Shown here piece by piece: positions 26,835 through 39,086 of a DNA stretch of 64,000 bases. This stretch comes from an uncultured delta proteobacterium. GTDB lineage: Bacteria > Desulfobacterota > Desulfobacteria > Desulfobacterales > SpSt-501. The DNA lies in the NCBI GenBank assembly GCA_963828345.1, contig CAWHEZ010000004.1:64539-128538 (forward strand). Reading direction: 5' to 3'. The notes under the pieces are model-generated. The model saw nothing but the letters and a program-made list of their open reading frames with translations. It was not told where the DNA came from and searched no databases. Each line of letters starts with the position of its first letter. The first letter of the stretch is position 1. The position numbers and the translations under genes are program-made.

Positions 26835-29800
26835 TCACGGCGCCACCTCAATGGCGGCGTTCGGCATCTCGCCGAACATCTCCGGCGCGTAGAGGGCTTC
26901 GACCCGGGTCGGGGGCAGCAGGAAGGTGCCGTCCTGGTTGAGCCGCAGCGTGTACTCCAGCGACCACGTCCCCCGCGGCAGGAACTCGTAGTAGGCGCGG
27001 AAGGCGTCGAAGGCGCGCTCCTCCCAGGCCGGACGCACGCCGCCCGGGCGCGCCTCGTTCCGCGTCATGAGCTGCGAGTCCCGCCCCAGGCCGGAGCCCA
27101 GGACGGCGGCGCCGGCGGGCACCGGGTCGCTCACCGCGACCCAGGTCATGTCGGCCGAGGCCTCCAGCTCGAGGCGCACCCGCAGCACGTCCCCCCGGCT
27201 CCACCGGTCCGGCAACCGGCGGCTCACGGCCGCGACCGTGCGGCGGACCCGGTACCCGGCGGCCAGCTCCTCGGTGAGCGGCACGGCCGCGACGCTCTGC
27301 ACGGACAGCCAGGGACGACCGCCGCCCGCATGCGCCGCCGTGAGCTCGGAGCGGCCCTCCGGCCACGCGAAGAGCACGCCCTCCCCTTCGGGCGAGCGGT
27401 CCCAGTCCACCTGCTGCGAGCGGCCGTCCCATCCCAGCCGGGTCGACCCGGTCACCGGCTCCTGTTCGTGGTCGCGCGAGAAGCGCTGCAGCGCCAGGAC
27501 CCCCCAGGCGTTGGCGGTCGTCAGGTCCCAGTGGCCGCGCACCTGGCGGGCGAGCAGGCCGCGCACCAGCCGCGGCAGGTCCTCCCGCCAGCCGTCCAGC
27601 CGCAGCGCCGCCAGCAGGGTGCGGGCGGCATTGACGTCGGTCGAGACCATGAGCCACCACAGGCGGTCGGACGACGCCGACGAGAACCCCACGACCGAGC
27701 CCTGGTAGACCACGCGCGTCCGCAGGACCCGGTCGGCCTCTGCGAGCCGCCGCGCGCGGTCCGGGGCACTCTCCAGGTGGTGCAGGATGTCGATCCAGTC
27801 GATGACGGCCGAGGTGGGCCAGAGCTCGGGCTCGACCGTCACGGACCCGAGCAGCTTCGGCTCGGCGAGCCCGACGCGCGCCAGCGCCCCGATGGCCGCG
27901 AGCTTGCGCAGGGTCAGGTCGACCGTCGGCAGCGGGGCATGGCGCTGCAGGGAGCCCTCGACGAAGCGCCGGAGGCCGACGGCCGCGGGCCCGAGGACGC
28001 CGTCCGGCAGCCGCCACCCGGCCTCGTGCGTCACCGCGACGACATAGGCCGTGAGGACGGGGTCGCCGGAGGGAGTCGCGGGGAAATATTTCAGCAGCCC
28101 GTCCGCGTCCGTGTAGGCCGGGAGGTCTGCCGCCAGCCGTTCCCAGCGCGCCGCGTCCCGCAGCGCCACGGCCGCGGAGACCTTCTGCTCCAGGCACCCG
28201 TGGGGGTAGGCGCGCATGTAGTCCGCGACGCCGTCGAGACCCTCGGCCAGACGCGGGCGCAGCTGGACCTTCACCCCGCCGACCGGCAGCGCCCCTGCGG
28301 GCCGCTCGAGCGGCAGGCCGACGGCCGGCGCGAGCCGGTCGACGAGGGCCTGAACCACCCGGGGCGGGACGGCCGGCACCACGGTCTGGGCCACCCGCAG
28401 GCGGTCGCGCTCGCCGGTTTCGCGCGCGAGCGTTTCGAATTCCCACGACAGCCGCTCGACCCCCGGCGGGACGGTCACCTCCCAGGCGAGCTCCCGCGCT
28501 TCGCCCGGCCGCAGGACGGCGGACTGCGCGTCGAGCGCCGGCGCGATGCCGGGGGCGGCCGGCCGGGCCTCCACCGTCATGGCGGCGGCCGAGGCGTTGC
28601 GCACGGTGACCGTCGCCCGGAAGCGGTCGCCGGTGCGCACGAGCGGCGGCAGACCGGCGAACACCATGAGATCGCGGCTCGAGCGGATCGTGGTCTCGCC
28701 CGTCCCGAAGAGGCCCGCGCCGGCCGAGGCGACGGCGACGATGCGGAAGGCGGTGATGCTGTCGTTCAGCGGCACCGCGACCGTCGCCTCGCCGTTGGCG
28801 TCGAGCGGTACGCGGGCCTGCCACGCCAGCAGCGTGTCGAACAGCTCGCGGGTCACCTGCCGTCCTCCGCCCCCGCCCGGCGGGAGCGCCTTGACCCCGA
28901 AGTGGCGCTTGCCGACCACCTGCATCTGGGCGGTCGCCGTCTTCACCTCGCAGCCGCGGCGCCCCATCATGGCGGAGAGCAGGTCCCAGCTGCGGTTGGC
29001 CATGAGCTCCAGCAGGCCCTCGTCCACGGCCGCGAGCGCCACCTCGGCGCCGGCCGGCGGGGGCTGGCCGCCGGCCGTGACCGCGCGCACGCGGATGCGA
29101 GCGGTGTCCCGCGTCGGGTAGACGGGCCGGTCGGCCGCAACCGAGACCCTCAACTCGTGGGCCCGCCAGCCCACCCGGATCTCGGCCGTCCCCAGCTTGA
29201 AGGCGGGCTTGCCCAGGTCGGCCATGGCGGTCGGAGCCGGACCGGCCACGCGGCCGCGGACCGCGAGGACCGATACGAAGACGTTCGGGGCGTGGTGCCC
29301 CTCGACCGGGATCCGGACGACCGGCTCGCGGCGGGTGAGCCTCTCCACCCGCGCCTCCATGACCCCCTCGCGCTCGACGGTCACCAGCGCGGTCGCCGCG
29401 TCGAAGGGCATGCGCACCTGGAAGACCGCGGTGTCGCCCGGCTCGTAGCGCCTGCGCTCGGGCAGCAGGTCCATGCGGTCGTGGTTGTCGGCCTCGAACC
29501 ACCACCCCCGCCGGTCGGCCACCCAGACGGCGCGGTGCGCGAGGCTGCGGTTGCCCTCGCCGTCCCGGGAGGCGACGACCAGGATGATCTCGCCGGTCGC
29601 CGGGGGCCGCACCTCGCAGTGCAGCACCCCGCGGGCATCGGTCCGGCCCTCGGCCAGGCTGCCCACCCGCCGGGTCGCGACCGCGTGCTCGTAGGCGTAG
29701 AACCCGCCGGCCAGGCGTTTGCGGTGGGACATCACCTGCCGCTCGTAGATGTCCACCGTCACGGGCGCGCCCGCGACCGGACGGCCCGCGAGGTCGACCA

Positions 29801-32525
29801 CGGCCGCGTCGAAGACCAGGGTCTCCGCGCCCGCCGACCCGCTCTCCGGCCTGATCCCGGCCAGCACCCCGGCGTTCCAGAGAGGCACCCGCGCGGCCAC
29901 GGTCTGGACCTCGCCGCTCGGGTCCCTGAACTCCATCTCGGCGGTCAGCTCGAGCGGGGTCTCGACGTGCCGGCAGCCCGCCGAGCACGGCGCGCCCGGT
30001 CCCGGCGGGGTCGAGGGTCAGCTCCTGCGCGGGCAGCGCCACGCGGCGGGGGGCCGCGGCCGTGTCGTCGGGGTCGCCGCGGCGCACGGTCCCTTCCCGC
30101 ACCCCGCCGTTGGCGAAGACGAACTCCTCGAAGCCCTCGAAGGCCGGGAGCGTGCGCGGCGCAGCCTCGGAGCGCACCGTCACCGGGAGCTCCGCGGCCC
30201 CGCCGCCGGCGAGGTAGCGCACGGCGAGATCGAGCGCGACCTCGCGCGGTCGGACCTGGGGGGCCGCCGGCGGCTGGACCACCGCCTGCAGGAGCGGGAC
30301 CCGGAACTCCTCGACGCGGAAGCGGCCGGCCCTCAGCCGGCCGGGCTCGCCGTCGATTGCATCGTCCTCGTCGTCCGGGTTCTCGTCCGCCGATTCCGAC
30401 GGCGGGTCGTCGCTCCGCGTCCGCACGAGCGTCACCTCGTATTCGCCGAGGGGCGCCTCGCGCGGGATCGCCCAGGCGGACTCGGCGGTCCCGGCGTCAT
30501 CCCAGGTCAGCGCCAGCGTGAAGCTGCGCCGGCTGCCGCGGTGCTGCAGGGAGACGGTGTCCGGCAGGCTCGCCGGTCGACCGCGGCGAACCCGGCCCGG
30601 GTGTGGCGCCGGATGAAGTGCTTCATGTGCAGGGTCTCGCCCGCCCGCAGCAGGCTGCGGTCGAAGACGCTGTGCGCCGCCACGGGCCCGGCGACCGTGT
30701 CGCCCGGGATCCGGAAGCGCCAGGCTTCGATCCCCTGGTCCCAGCTGGAGTGCACGAAGCTCATGTCGGCGCCCAGCCGTGCGGTGACGAACAGCCCGCC
30801 GTCGAGGCGCCGCAGCGCGGCGAGCTGCGCGTAGTCGTGCCCGTCCGGCTCGCAGGGGCAGGACGGCAGGCCGCGATCGGAGGGCAGCGCCCGCTCGACC
30901 CGCGCGACCCCGTCCGCACCGGTCTCCCCTTCCCAGAGCACGCGGCCCTCGCAGTCGGCCACGGTGACCGCCGCGCCGCCGACCGGCTCGGCCCGGTCCA
31001 GGGTGGTCACCCACACCAGCGAGGATTCGCGGCCGCGCTTCAGGTGCACCGCCAGGTTGGTGACCAGGGCGGCCGCGGGCACGAACATGGGCTTGGGCGG
31101 GCTGAGCAGGGATTTCCCCAGCAGCGCGCTTTCGATCTCGACGATGTAGAGCCCGGGCCCCTGCAGCGGGATGCCGATCACGTCCGTGGCGCTCGCCCCC
31201 GTCGCGGCGGGGAGCGCGATCGCCGCAGCCCCCGCGGCCTCCCGCAGCAGCGAGGTCTCACGCGAGGCGGCCGCGACCCGCCGCAGCCAGCCCTGGGCCA
31301 GGTCGGCCCGCTCGGCCGGGACCGCCAGCACCTTGGCCCGCAACGCATCGCCCGCGGCGGCGTCGGGCGATGTCGCCTGCCCCCGTGCCGCGGGCCGCGG
31401 CTCGAGATTGCGCACCGCCACCGGCAGGACCGGGTCCGATGCCTCGAGGATCCCGAAGCGCGCCGAGAACTTGGCCAGCGGCGGGTAGCCCCCGGTGCGC
31501 ACGCGCAGCGGGAACCGGTCCGCGTTCAGCAGCGGCCGGCCGGCGTCGTCGCGCAGCTCGCGCGGGATCTCCAGCCGCAGCTCGGCCTTCGCCGGGAACG
31601 GTCCCTCGAAGACGACCGCCCCGTCCGGCGTCACCGGTGCGCGCCAGGTCCGTCCGGCCGGCCCGTTCAGCACGGCCTCGGCCCCGTCCGGCGCCGTCAG
31701 CGGGGCGTTGAACCGCAGGGTCATCGGCAGCACGGGGATGCACCCGGCGCGGGGGCTCTCGCGTTCGCAGCTGAACTCGGCCAGGAACGCGGCCCGGGTC
31801 TCGAAGGCCAGCACCTGGTCGCGCTCGGTGGCGACGCCCGACAGCGACCGGATGCCCTTGCCCCACACCAGGCTCACCCGGGCCTTCACCGGCAGCCGCT
31901 GGACCGCCTGGACGAGCACGTGCCGCGCGGGGTCGGGCTCGCGCTCCAGCAGCCACGGCTGGGCGGCGAGGATCTGCTCGCGTTCCGCGCCCCGGAGAAT
32001 GCGCAGCCCGATGCGGTCCTGGAGGCCGGGCGCCGCGACCCCGGCGTGGGCCGCGACCGAGGCTTCGTCCGGCGCGGCGTCGAGGGTCAGGATGAACACC
32101 TGGTCCTCGCTGATCGCGCGGTGCCCCGCGAACGGGAGCGAGCTCACGACGGCGGGGCCGCCGGTCGAGAAGCGGAAGTCGCGTTTCCCCGAACGTCCCG
32201 GCCGCTGAGGGCCCGCATCCCGGGCTTCAGCTGAAAGGCGCAGCCCGTGCCGCCCGGCACCTCGCGCTCGAAGTCGTACACCCAGGTGCGCGGGTCGAGC
32301 CAGCGCCCCCGCCCCGCCTCCGCGCACTCGACCGCGAACGGGTCGCCGGCGCCGCGCGGGTCGCCGAAGGGGACCATGGGCTCGCTGAAGGCGGCCCGCA
32401 CCTGGCGCACGTTCTTGACCGTGCCCTGGGGGGAAAACGTGGCGACCCGCGGCGGTTCCGCCGCCAGGGCGACGGAGCACAGAACCGACCAGGCTGACCA
32501 GGAGGGCAAAAGGGGCGCGGGACAT
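26835..32525 (-). pseudogene. bacterial alpha-2-macroglobulin (YfhM-like, thioester-containing), about 1,900 aa, interrupted by at least four frameshifts
   Basis: The thioester motif YPHGCLEQKV is present. Coherent A2M-like sequence is recovered by hopping frames. MSRAPFALLVSLVGSVL runs from 32525. CSVALAAEPPRVATFSPQG...LKPGMRALSG follows in the frame of ORF 32144..33379. KRDFRFSTGGPAVV...HMKHFIRRHTRAGF follows in ORF 30507..32525. ASLPDTVSLQHRG...LTLDPAGTGRAVLGGLPA follows in the frame of ORF 26848..31014. VETPLELTAEMEFRDPSGEV... to the stop follows in ORF 26835..29936. Confidence 0.85.
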
Positions 32526-32676
32526 GGAAGGCCTCTCAGTCGGAAGGGTTTCGGAGAAGAACGCGGGACCGGTGTCCCATCGGATGGCGCTCGACCGCGC
32601 CGTGGGCGAGGATGCCCCGATTCCGGTCGGAAGGGGCAGCGGGCGGCGTGCACCGGCGACAGGCGCGACAGTGTCC

Positions 32677-33379
32677 TCAGAGGCCCAGGAAGGCCTCCTT
32701 CACCTTCTGGTCCGCGAGCAGTTCGGCTCCCGTGCCCTCCATGACGATGCGGCCGTTTTCGAGCACGTAGGCCCGGTGGCACATGGAAAGGGTCTGCTTC
32801 ACGTTCTGCTCGACGAGCAGAACCGTGACGCCCTCCTCGTTGACCTTGCGGATCATGCGGAAAATCTCGGACACGAGGATGGGCGCCAGTCCGAGCGATG
32901 GCTCGTCGAACATCATGATCTTGGGCAGGGACATGAGGCCCCGGCCGATGGCCACCATCTGCTGCTCGCCGCCGGAGAGGGTCCCGGTCAGCTGGGCCTT
33001 GCGCTCTCTGCAGCCGGGGGAACAGCGCGTACACGCGCTCGATCGTCTTGGCCCGGCGGGCTTTGGCCTGGCCGTGCAGGGAGCCCATGATGAGGTTTTC
33101 CTCGACGCTCATCTGCGTAAAAAGCCGCCGGCCCTCGGGCACGTGGACGATCCCGTGCTCGATCACCCGATACGCGGGAATCTGGTCGATGCGCACGCCG
33201 TCGAACTCGACGCTGCCCTTGCGCGGCTTGATCAGTGCGGAAACCGTCTTGATGATCGTGGACTTGCCGGCCCCGTTCGCGCCCACCAGCACGACGATCT
33301 CGCCCGGCCGCACCTCGAAGGAGACGTCCCAGAGCACCTGCAGGTCGCCGTAAAAAACATCGATCCCGTTAACCCTCAT
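32677..33379 (-). pseudogene. livF: branched-chain amino acid ABC transporter ATPase LivF, one frameshift
   Basis: N-terminus MRVNGIDVFYGDLQVLWDVSFEV..GANGAGKST...ERVYALFPRLQ in one frame. The continuation ERKAQLTGTLSGGEQQMVAIGRGLMS...LVEQNV... lies in the frame of ORF 32677..32958. One extra nt around 33009. Confidence 0.85.
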
Positions 33380-34100
33380 AATCCTCTCCCAGGTAGGCCT
33401 CGATGACGGCCTTGTTGTCGGCGACCTCCTTCGGCGTCCCCTCGGCGATGGTCTGGCCGAAGTTGATGGCGTGGATGCGGTCGGAGATGGTCATGATGAC
33501 CTTCATGATGTGCTCGACGACGAGGATCGTGATGCCGTCGTCGCGGATGCGCTTGATCAATGCGATCGCCTCGTCCACCTCGGTCGGGTTCAGGCCGGCC
33601 GCGGTCTCGTCCAGGAGCAGGAGCGTCGGCCGGGTGGCGAGCGCGCGGGCGATCTCGAGCCGCTTGCGCCCGGCGATCGGCAGGCTCTTGGCGGGCTTGG
33701 CGCTGACCATGTCCAGGTGGCAGTACTCCAGCATCTCGTCCGCCACGCGCTGGGCGTCGCGGATCGTGTTCACCCGGCAGAAGGCCGAGGCGGTGACGTT
33801 GTCCCGCACGGTCATGCGCGCCAGCGGCTTCACGACCTGGAAGGTCCGACCAATGCCGGCCTGGCAGATGCGGTGGGTCTTCAGCCCCTTGATGCTTCTG
33901 CCGTTGAAGACGATGTCCCCGGAGGTGATCGGGAAGAATTGGCAGATGCAGTTGAAGGTGGTGGTTTTCCCGGAGCCGTTCGGGCCGATGAGCCCGAAGA
34001 TCTCGCCCTTCTCCACCTTGAAACTGACGTCGTTTACGGCCATCAGGCCGCCGAAGGCCTTGGAGACGTTCTTGAGTTCGAGCAGCGGCATCGATTCCAC
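33369..34100 (-). CDS. livG: branched-chain amino acid ABC transporter ATPase LivG
   Basis: LELKNVSKAFGGLMAVNDVSF, Walker A GPNGSGKTT, Walker B LLLLDE. Confidence 0.9.
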   Translation of the reverse strand: MESMPLLELKNVSKAFGGLMAVNDVSFKVEKGEIFGLIGPNGSGKTTTFNCICQFFPITSGDIVFNGRSIKGLKTHRICQAGIGRTFQVVKPLARMTVRDNVTASAFCRVNTIRDAQRVADEMLEYCHLDMVSAKPAKSLPIAGRKRLEIARALATRPTLLLLDETAAGLNPTEVDEAIALIKRIRDDGITILVVEHIMKVIMTISDRIHAINFGQTIAEGTPKEVADNKAVIEAYLGEDYEG

Positions 34101-34116
34101 TCCCGTGCAGACCGCG

Positions 34117-35070
34117 TCAGCGGGCCCGCGAGAAAAGTCCCTTGATCTTCCGCCAGTCGCCCACGACCCCGTTGGTGAGGAACATGATCACGAAGATCAC
34201 CATCAGGCCGAACACCAGCGCGTGCCCCTGGCTGACCCACTTGGGCGCCAGGCCGAAGAACGAGCTGCGGAAGGTCTCCTGCACCATGACCATGATGAAC
34301 GCGCCCACGGCCGGGCCCCAGATCGTGGCGACCCCGCCGACGATCGCCACCAGGATGGCCATGATGGAGACGTAGTTGAGGTGGAACACCACCTCCGGGT
34401 CGATGAAGCCCATGTAGTTCATGTAAAAGGCGCCGGCCGTGCCGGTGAAGAAGGCGCTGATCAAGAGCGAGATGTTCTTGTAGAGCGAGGTGTTGATCCC
34501 CATCGCCTCGGCCGTGTCCTGATCCTCGCGGATCGAGACGAAGTAGTAGCCCCACTTGGATTTGGTCACGAAGTGGATGGTGTAAATGCAGGCCGCAGCG
34601 AGCGCGAGTGCGATGTAGTAGTACGGCAGCTTGCTCCGAAAGGTCTGCATGACGAGGATCCCGACCATGCCCTCGGTCAGGCTCTCCCAGTTGGTGGCGA
34701 CCAGCCGCACGATTTCGCCGCCCGCCAGGGTGGCCAGCGCAAAATACGGCCCGCGCAGCCGGAAGCACACCCAGCCGACGAAGAGCGCGAAGGCCATGGC
34801 GACGACCCCGCCGAAGGCCATGCCCCACCAGGCGGAGATCCCCAACTGGGTGACGAGAATGCCGGCAGTGTAGGCCCCGACACCGAAGAAGATCGCGTGG
34901 CCGAAGGAGACCTGCCCCGTGTAGCCCGCGAGCAGGTTCCACGAGGAGCCGATCACGACCCACATCAGCACGATGATGATCAGGTGCTGGTAGTAATCGG
35001 AGGGAACGATCAGGGGAAAGAGGAGAACGAACAGCCCCAGAAGAGTCCAGACGATGCGGCGCGCCAGCAT
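34117..35070 (-). CDS. livM: branched-chain amino acid ABC transporter permease LivM
   Basis: 317-aa polytopic membrane protein adjacent to livH and livG. Confidence 0.9.
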   Translation of the reverse strand: MLARRIVWTLLGLFVLLFPLIVPSDYYQHLIIIVLMWVVIGSSWNLLAGYTGQVSFGHAIFFGVGAYTAGILVTQLGISAWWGMAFGGVVAMAFALFVGWVCFRLRGPYFALATLAGGEIVRLVATNWESLTEGMVGILVMQTFRSKLPYYYIALALAAACIYTIHFVTKSKWGYYFVSIREDQDTAEAMGINTSLYKNISLLISAFFTGTAGAFYMNYMGFIDPEVVFHLNYVSIMAILVAIVGGVATIWGPAVGAFIMVMVQETFRSSFFGLAPKWVSQGHALVFGLMVIFVIMFLTNGVVGDWRKIKGLFSRAR

Positions 35071-35080
35071 GGGTATCCCC

Positions 35081-35956
35081 CTAGATCTTGGTGAGCTGTT
35101 TCAGACCGCCGGGCAGGAAGATCAGCACCAGCACGAAAATGATGAAGCCGACCATTTCCTTGTAGCCCATGCCGAAGTAGGTCGCCCCGAGCGATTCGGC
35201 GATTCCCAGCACGAGGCCGCCGAAGATGGCGCCCACGGTGCTCCCCATCCCGCCCAGGACCGTGATGACGAAGGCCTTGAGGGTGAACGGCCGCCCCAGG
35301 TCGGGATAGAGGTAGAAGATGGGCAGCAGCAGGACGCCCGCGCAGGCGACCAGGGCGGCGCCCAGCCCGAAGGTGATGACGGTGATGCGCTCGGTGTTGA
35401 CCCCCATCAGCGTCGCGGCGTCGCGGTCCTGCGCCGTGGCCCGGATGGCCCGTCCCGTGTCGGTCTTGAGCAGGAACCAGAAAAGCGCGAGCGTGAAGAC
35501 CACCGCGAACAGGAACGCGATGCACATCGGCAGGTTGAACGAAATGCCCCCCACGAAAAAGGCCGTGGAGCTGTAGGAGGTCTTCACCGACTTGTAGTCC
35601 GAGGAGAAGATCAGCCGGGCGACCTCGGTCAGGACGGTCCCGACCCCGACCGTCATCAGCACCTGGGTGTGCGGCAGGATCGACTCGACCTTCATCAACG
35701 GGCTGAGGGTGTAGCGCTGGATGAGGACCCCCAGCAGGAACAGGGCCGGCATGGCAACGAGAAGAGAGAGGTAGGGGTCCAGCGCAAACCACTCAAACAG
35801 AAGGTATGCCACGTACATGGCCACCATCATCAGCTGACCGTGGGTCAGGTTGATGATGCCCATGACGCCCATGATCAGGCTCATGCCGATCCCGATGAGG
35901 CTGTAAATGCCGCCGATGAGAACCCCGGCCACCAAGGTTTGCAGGAATACCGCCAT
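35081..35956 (-). CDS. livH: branched-chain amino acid ABC transporter permease LivH
   Basis: 291-aa polytopic membrane protein. The N-terminus MAVFLQTLVAGVLIGGIYSLIGIGMSLI is typical of LivH. Confidence 0.9.
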   Translation of the reverse strand: MAVFLQTLVAGVLIGGIYSLIGIGMSLIMGVMGIINLTHGQLMMVAMYVAYLLFEWFALDPYLSLLVAMPALFLLGVLIQRYTLSPLMKVESILPHTQVLMTVGVGTVLTEVARLIFSSDYKSVKTSYSSTAFFVGGISFNLPMCIAFLFAVVFTLALFWFLLKTDTGRAIRATAQDRDAATLMGVNTERITVITFGLGAALVACAGVLLLPIFYLYPDLGRPFTLKAFVITVLGGMGSTVGAIFGGLVLGIAESLGATYFGMGYKEMVGFIIFVLVLIFLPGGLKQLTKI

Positions 35957-36005
35957 CGCGCGTCCTTTCGAAAAACCGCTTCAGCCGTAAGTGCGGACCG
36001 GAACG

Positions 36006-36035
36006 GGACGGGCCGCCCCCTCGGGCAGCCCGTCC
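36006..36035 (-). other. intercistronic GC-rich stem-loop between livK and livH
   Basis: GGACGGGC...GCCCGTCC inverted repeat about 40 nt downstream of the livK stop. An analogous hairpin follows the second livK at 60301-60329. Confidence 0.4.
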
Positions 36036-36074
36036 TTCGCAAACCGGAGCGCCCCGCGAGCGGGGGCACGGTCA

Positions 36075-37273
36075 TCAGTAGCCCCAGATCTTCAGCCAGT
36101 CGATCGGGTACTCGAACTTCTTGGTCTGCGAGATTCGCGGGCCACACCAACTCGAGCCTCCCGCCGATCCACTGGACGACGTAGGTGGGCAGCTTGTTCT
36201 GGTTCTTGTGTTTGCCGTAGGCGATGAACTTGACCGGGCCGAACACGGTCATCATGTCGGTTTTCTCGAGCGCCGACTTGATATCGGCGGCCTTGGTGGA
36301 ACTGGCGCGCTTCAGCACGTCGGCGATGACGTAGGCGGCCGCATAGGCTTCGGCCCCGTGGTACTCGGTGTCTTTTTTAAACGTGTTGACGAATTTCGTG
36401 TAGTAGTCCATCGCCCCCGGGTAGGGCAGGCTCTGGAACCAGAGGGTCGCGGAGATCACCTTGTCGGCGGCGATTGCCCGCGTTCTGGGCGAACTCGGGC
36501 AGGGTGAATCCTGCCCCGCCGCCGATGAACATCTTAGGCGTGAACTTGAGCTCCTTGGACTGTTTCATGAGCAGCGAGGCATCCATGACGTAGGACACCA
36601 TGTAGACGATGTCCGGGTTCTTCTCCTTGACCTGCACGAGAACCGGTTTGAAGTCGATCCCGCCGGCCTGGTAGCCCTCCTTCAGGACGACCTGGATCCC
36701 CAGCTCTTTACAGGACTTCTCGAACTCCTTGGCGCCCGAGGTCCCGAACAGTGAGTTCTCGTAAAGGATGGCGGCCGACTTGGGCTTGATGACCTCTTTC
36801 AATAGGTTCTCGATCGCCTCGGCGTACTCGCTCACGGGCGAATTCAGCCGGAAGACATAGTCCCAGTTGGACTGGGTGATGTTGTCGGCCGAACCGGTGT
36901 TCACCAGGAAGGGGATCTGGTTCTGCTGGCAGACGCCCGCCACGGCGTAGGTGACCGAGCTGCTGTACCCGCCGCCGATCATCACGACCTTGTCTTTGGT
37001 GATGAGTTTCTCCACCACCGAACGTCCGACCTCGGGCCGGCCGGTGTCGTCCTCGATCACGAACTCGAGCTTCTTGCCGTTGATACCGCCCTTGGCGTTG
37101 ATCTCTTGCAGGGCCAGGTCGAACGAGAGCTTTTCGATTTCACCGAACTTGGCCTGCTCGCCCGTCAGGGGCAGCACGATGCCCACCTTGATGGTATCCT
37201 GCGCGGCGCATGGCAGCACACCCCAGGTGGCGACCAGGAGCGTCAAGCCGAGAAAAATAGAGAACTTTTTCAT
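36075..37273 (-). pseudogene. livK: Leu/Ile/Val-type periplasmic substrate-binding protein (LivK/LivJ family), two frameshifts
   Basis: Signal peptide MKKFSIFLGLTLLVATWGVLPCAAQ. Frame 1 runs to ...LPEFAQNAG (about 36474). Frame 2 carries IAADKVISATLWFQSLPYPGAMDYY...LVWPANLAD (about 36123). Frame 3 carries KKFEYPIDWLKIWGY to the stop at 36075-36077. Confidence 0.85.
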
Positions 37274-37470
37274 TAAATCGGCCCCCTTTCAGTTTTTGAA
37301 TGGAAATTGGGAAGTGGAAATAAGCTTTAATAAGAGTCACGCGAACTGTCAATACCAATCCGCGTCTAGTAATCGCAAAATACGGGAGAGCGGCCCAGGT
37401 TCTGCCGCCCTCCCCGTATACCATTGCTCAGCTGGGCTTTAGACCCTGGAGACCGACGCCGTTCGCACGC

Positions 37471-39026
37471 TCACGCCAGCCCCACCAGCGGGAGCAGGAT
37501 CCACAGCCCGGCCCAGATCACCAGCCCCCCCAGGATGTCGAAGAAGATGCCGGCGCGGATCATCTTGGTGATCGGGATCATGCCCGACCCGTAGACGATC
37601 GCGTTGGGCGGGGTGGAGACCGGCAGCATGAATCCCCAGCTCGCACCCAGAGTGGCGCCGATCGCCGGCGGGATGGGGTTGACCCCGGCCGCCTGCGCCA
37701 GCGAGATCATGACGGGGATGACCATGTTGGCGGAGGCCGTGTTCGAGGAGGTCTCGCTCACCAGGATGGCGATGAAGATCGCCCCGAAGGTGATGCCCCA
37801 CATGGAGGTCGCCCCGCTCATCTCGAGCAGATTCTTGCCGATCACCTCGGCGAGCTTGGACTCGAACATGAGGTTGCCGAGCGTGAGGCCGCCGCCGAAG
37901 AGCAGGAGCGTCCCCCAGTCGATCTTGGTGGCCTGGCTCCAGGTCACGGTGAACTGGCGTTCCTTCCAGTTCACCGGCATCAGGAAGAGCAGCATCGCGC
38001 CGATCAGGGCGGCCACGCCTTCGGGCATGAACTTGCCGTAGCTTCTTGGAGATCGGGGCGTCGGTGCCGTAGAACACCGCCAGGAAGCCCGGGATGAGCC
38101 AGAGTACGACGGTGATCCCGAATGCGATGCACGCGTTCTTCTGGGCCCGGGTCCATTTCCCGAGCTGGGCGCGCTCGCGCGCGACGTACTCGGCGCTGCC
38201 CTCGATGTTCGAGAGCTCGGGCTTGTGCAGGAAGTACATCAGCACGAACAGCAGGCCGAAGAGCAGGATCAGCAGCGGGATCGCGAAGACCATCCACTGG
38301 AAGAAGGCGATTTTCACGCCGCAGAACTTCTCGATCATGGCGATGCCGATCAGGTTGGGGGGCGTGCCGACGGGGGTCCCGATGCCGCCGGCCGAGGCGG
38401 CGTAGGCCGCCATGAGCATCATGCCGGTGCCGAAGCGCAGCTTGGTCGGGTCGACGCTCTTGCCCGTCTGCCGGCCCATGATGTCGCCCATGGCGTAGAC
38501 GATGCCCGAGGCCGATCGGGAACATCATGGCCGTCGCGGCCGTGTTGCTGATCCACATCGACAGGAAGGCGCAGATGACGCCGAAGGCCAGCAGGATGCG
38601 GCCGGTGCTGTTGCCGACCGACTTCATGGACATGATGCCGTAGGCGAAGCGCTTGTCCAGGCCGTGGATGGCCATGACTTCGGCCAGCACGAAGCTGCCG
38701 AAGAAGAGCCAGATGATCGGGTCGGCGAACGGCGCGAAGACCTTGCGCACGTCGGCCACCCCGCAGAGCACGCACAGCATCGCGCCCAGCATGGCGGACA
38801 TGGGCAGGGGCACCGGCTCGGTGACCCACCAGATGCCGACCCAGCTGATAATGGCGGCCAGGATGTGGGCATTGGGCGTCAGGCTCGGCATGGGCGTGAG
38901 ATAGACCAGGAGGGCCACCAGGGGGCCTAATCCCAGCCCGATCGTGTTGCGCCAGCGTTCGAACTTCTCCTCCTGTTCGGAGAGGGTGGCCTCGATTGTG
39001 GGGGGGGTCTGGATCGTTTCCGCCAT
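37471..39026 (-). pseudogene. DASS-family (SLC13-like) anion:sodium symporter, two frameshifts
   Basis: Three consecutive membrane-protein ORFs in different frames join seamlessly. The first junction is ...NTAATAMMFPIGLG | IVYAMGDIMGRQTGKS (about 38505). The second is ...FYGTDAPISKK | YGKFMPEGVAALIGAMLLF (about 38042). Confidence 0.8.
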
Positions 39027-39086
39027 CGCTTGAGTCCTCCTAAAATTGAGTGTCGGTTCAGACGTTCACGCCGGGAAACGACCGGT

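Noticed and set aside
26848-31014. 1,388-aa ORF across the alpha-2-macroglobulin region.
   Set aside because: Mostly Arg/Gly/Pro-rich nonsense. Only about 29970-30585 of this frame coincides with genuine A2M sequence, between two frameshifts.
32144-33379. Apparent 411-aa LivF-A2M fusion ORF.
   Set aside because: It is an artefact of frame breaks. The LivF N-terminus is real up to about 33009, the middle is nonsense, and the last roughly 110 aa happen to be the true A2M N-terminal frame between the breaks at about 32470 and 32190.
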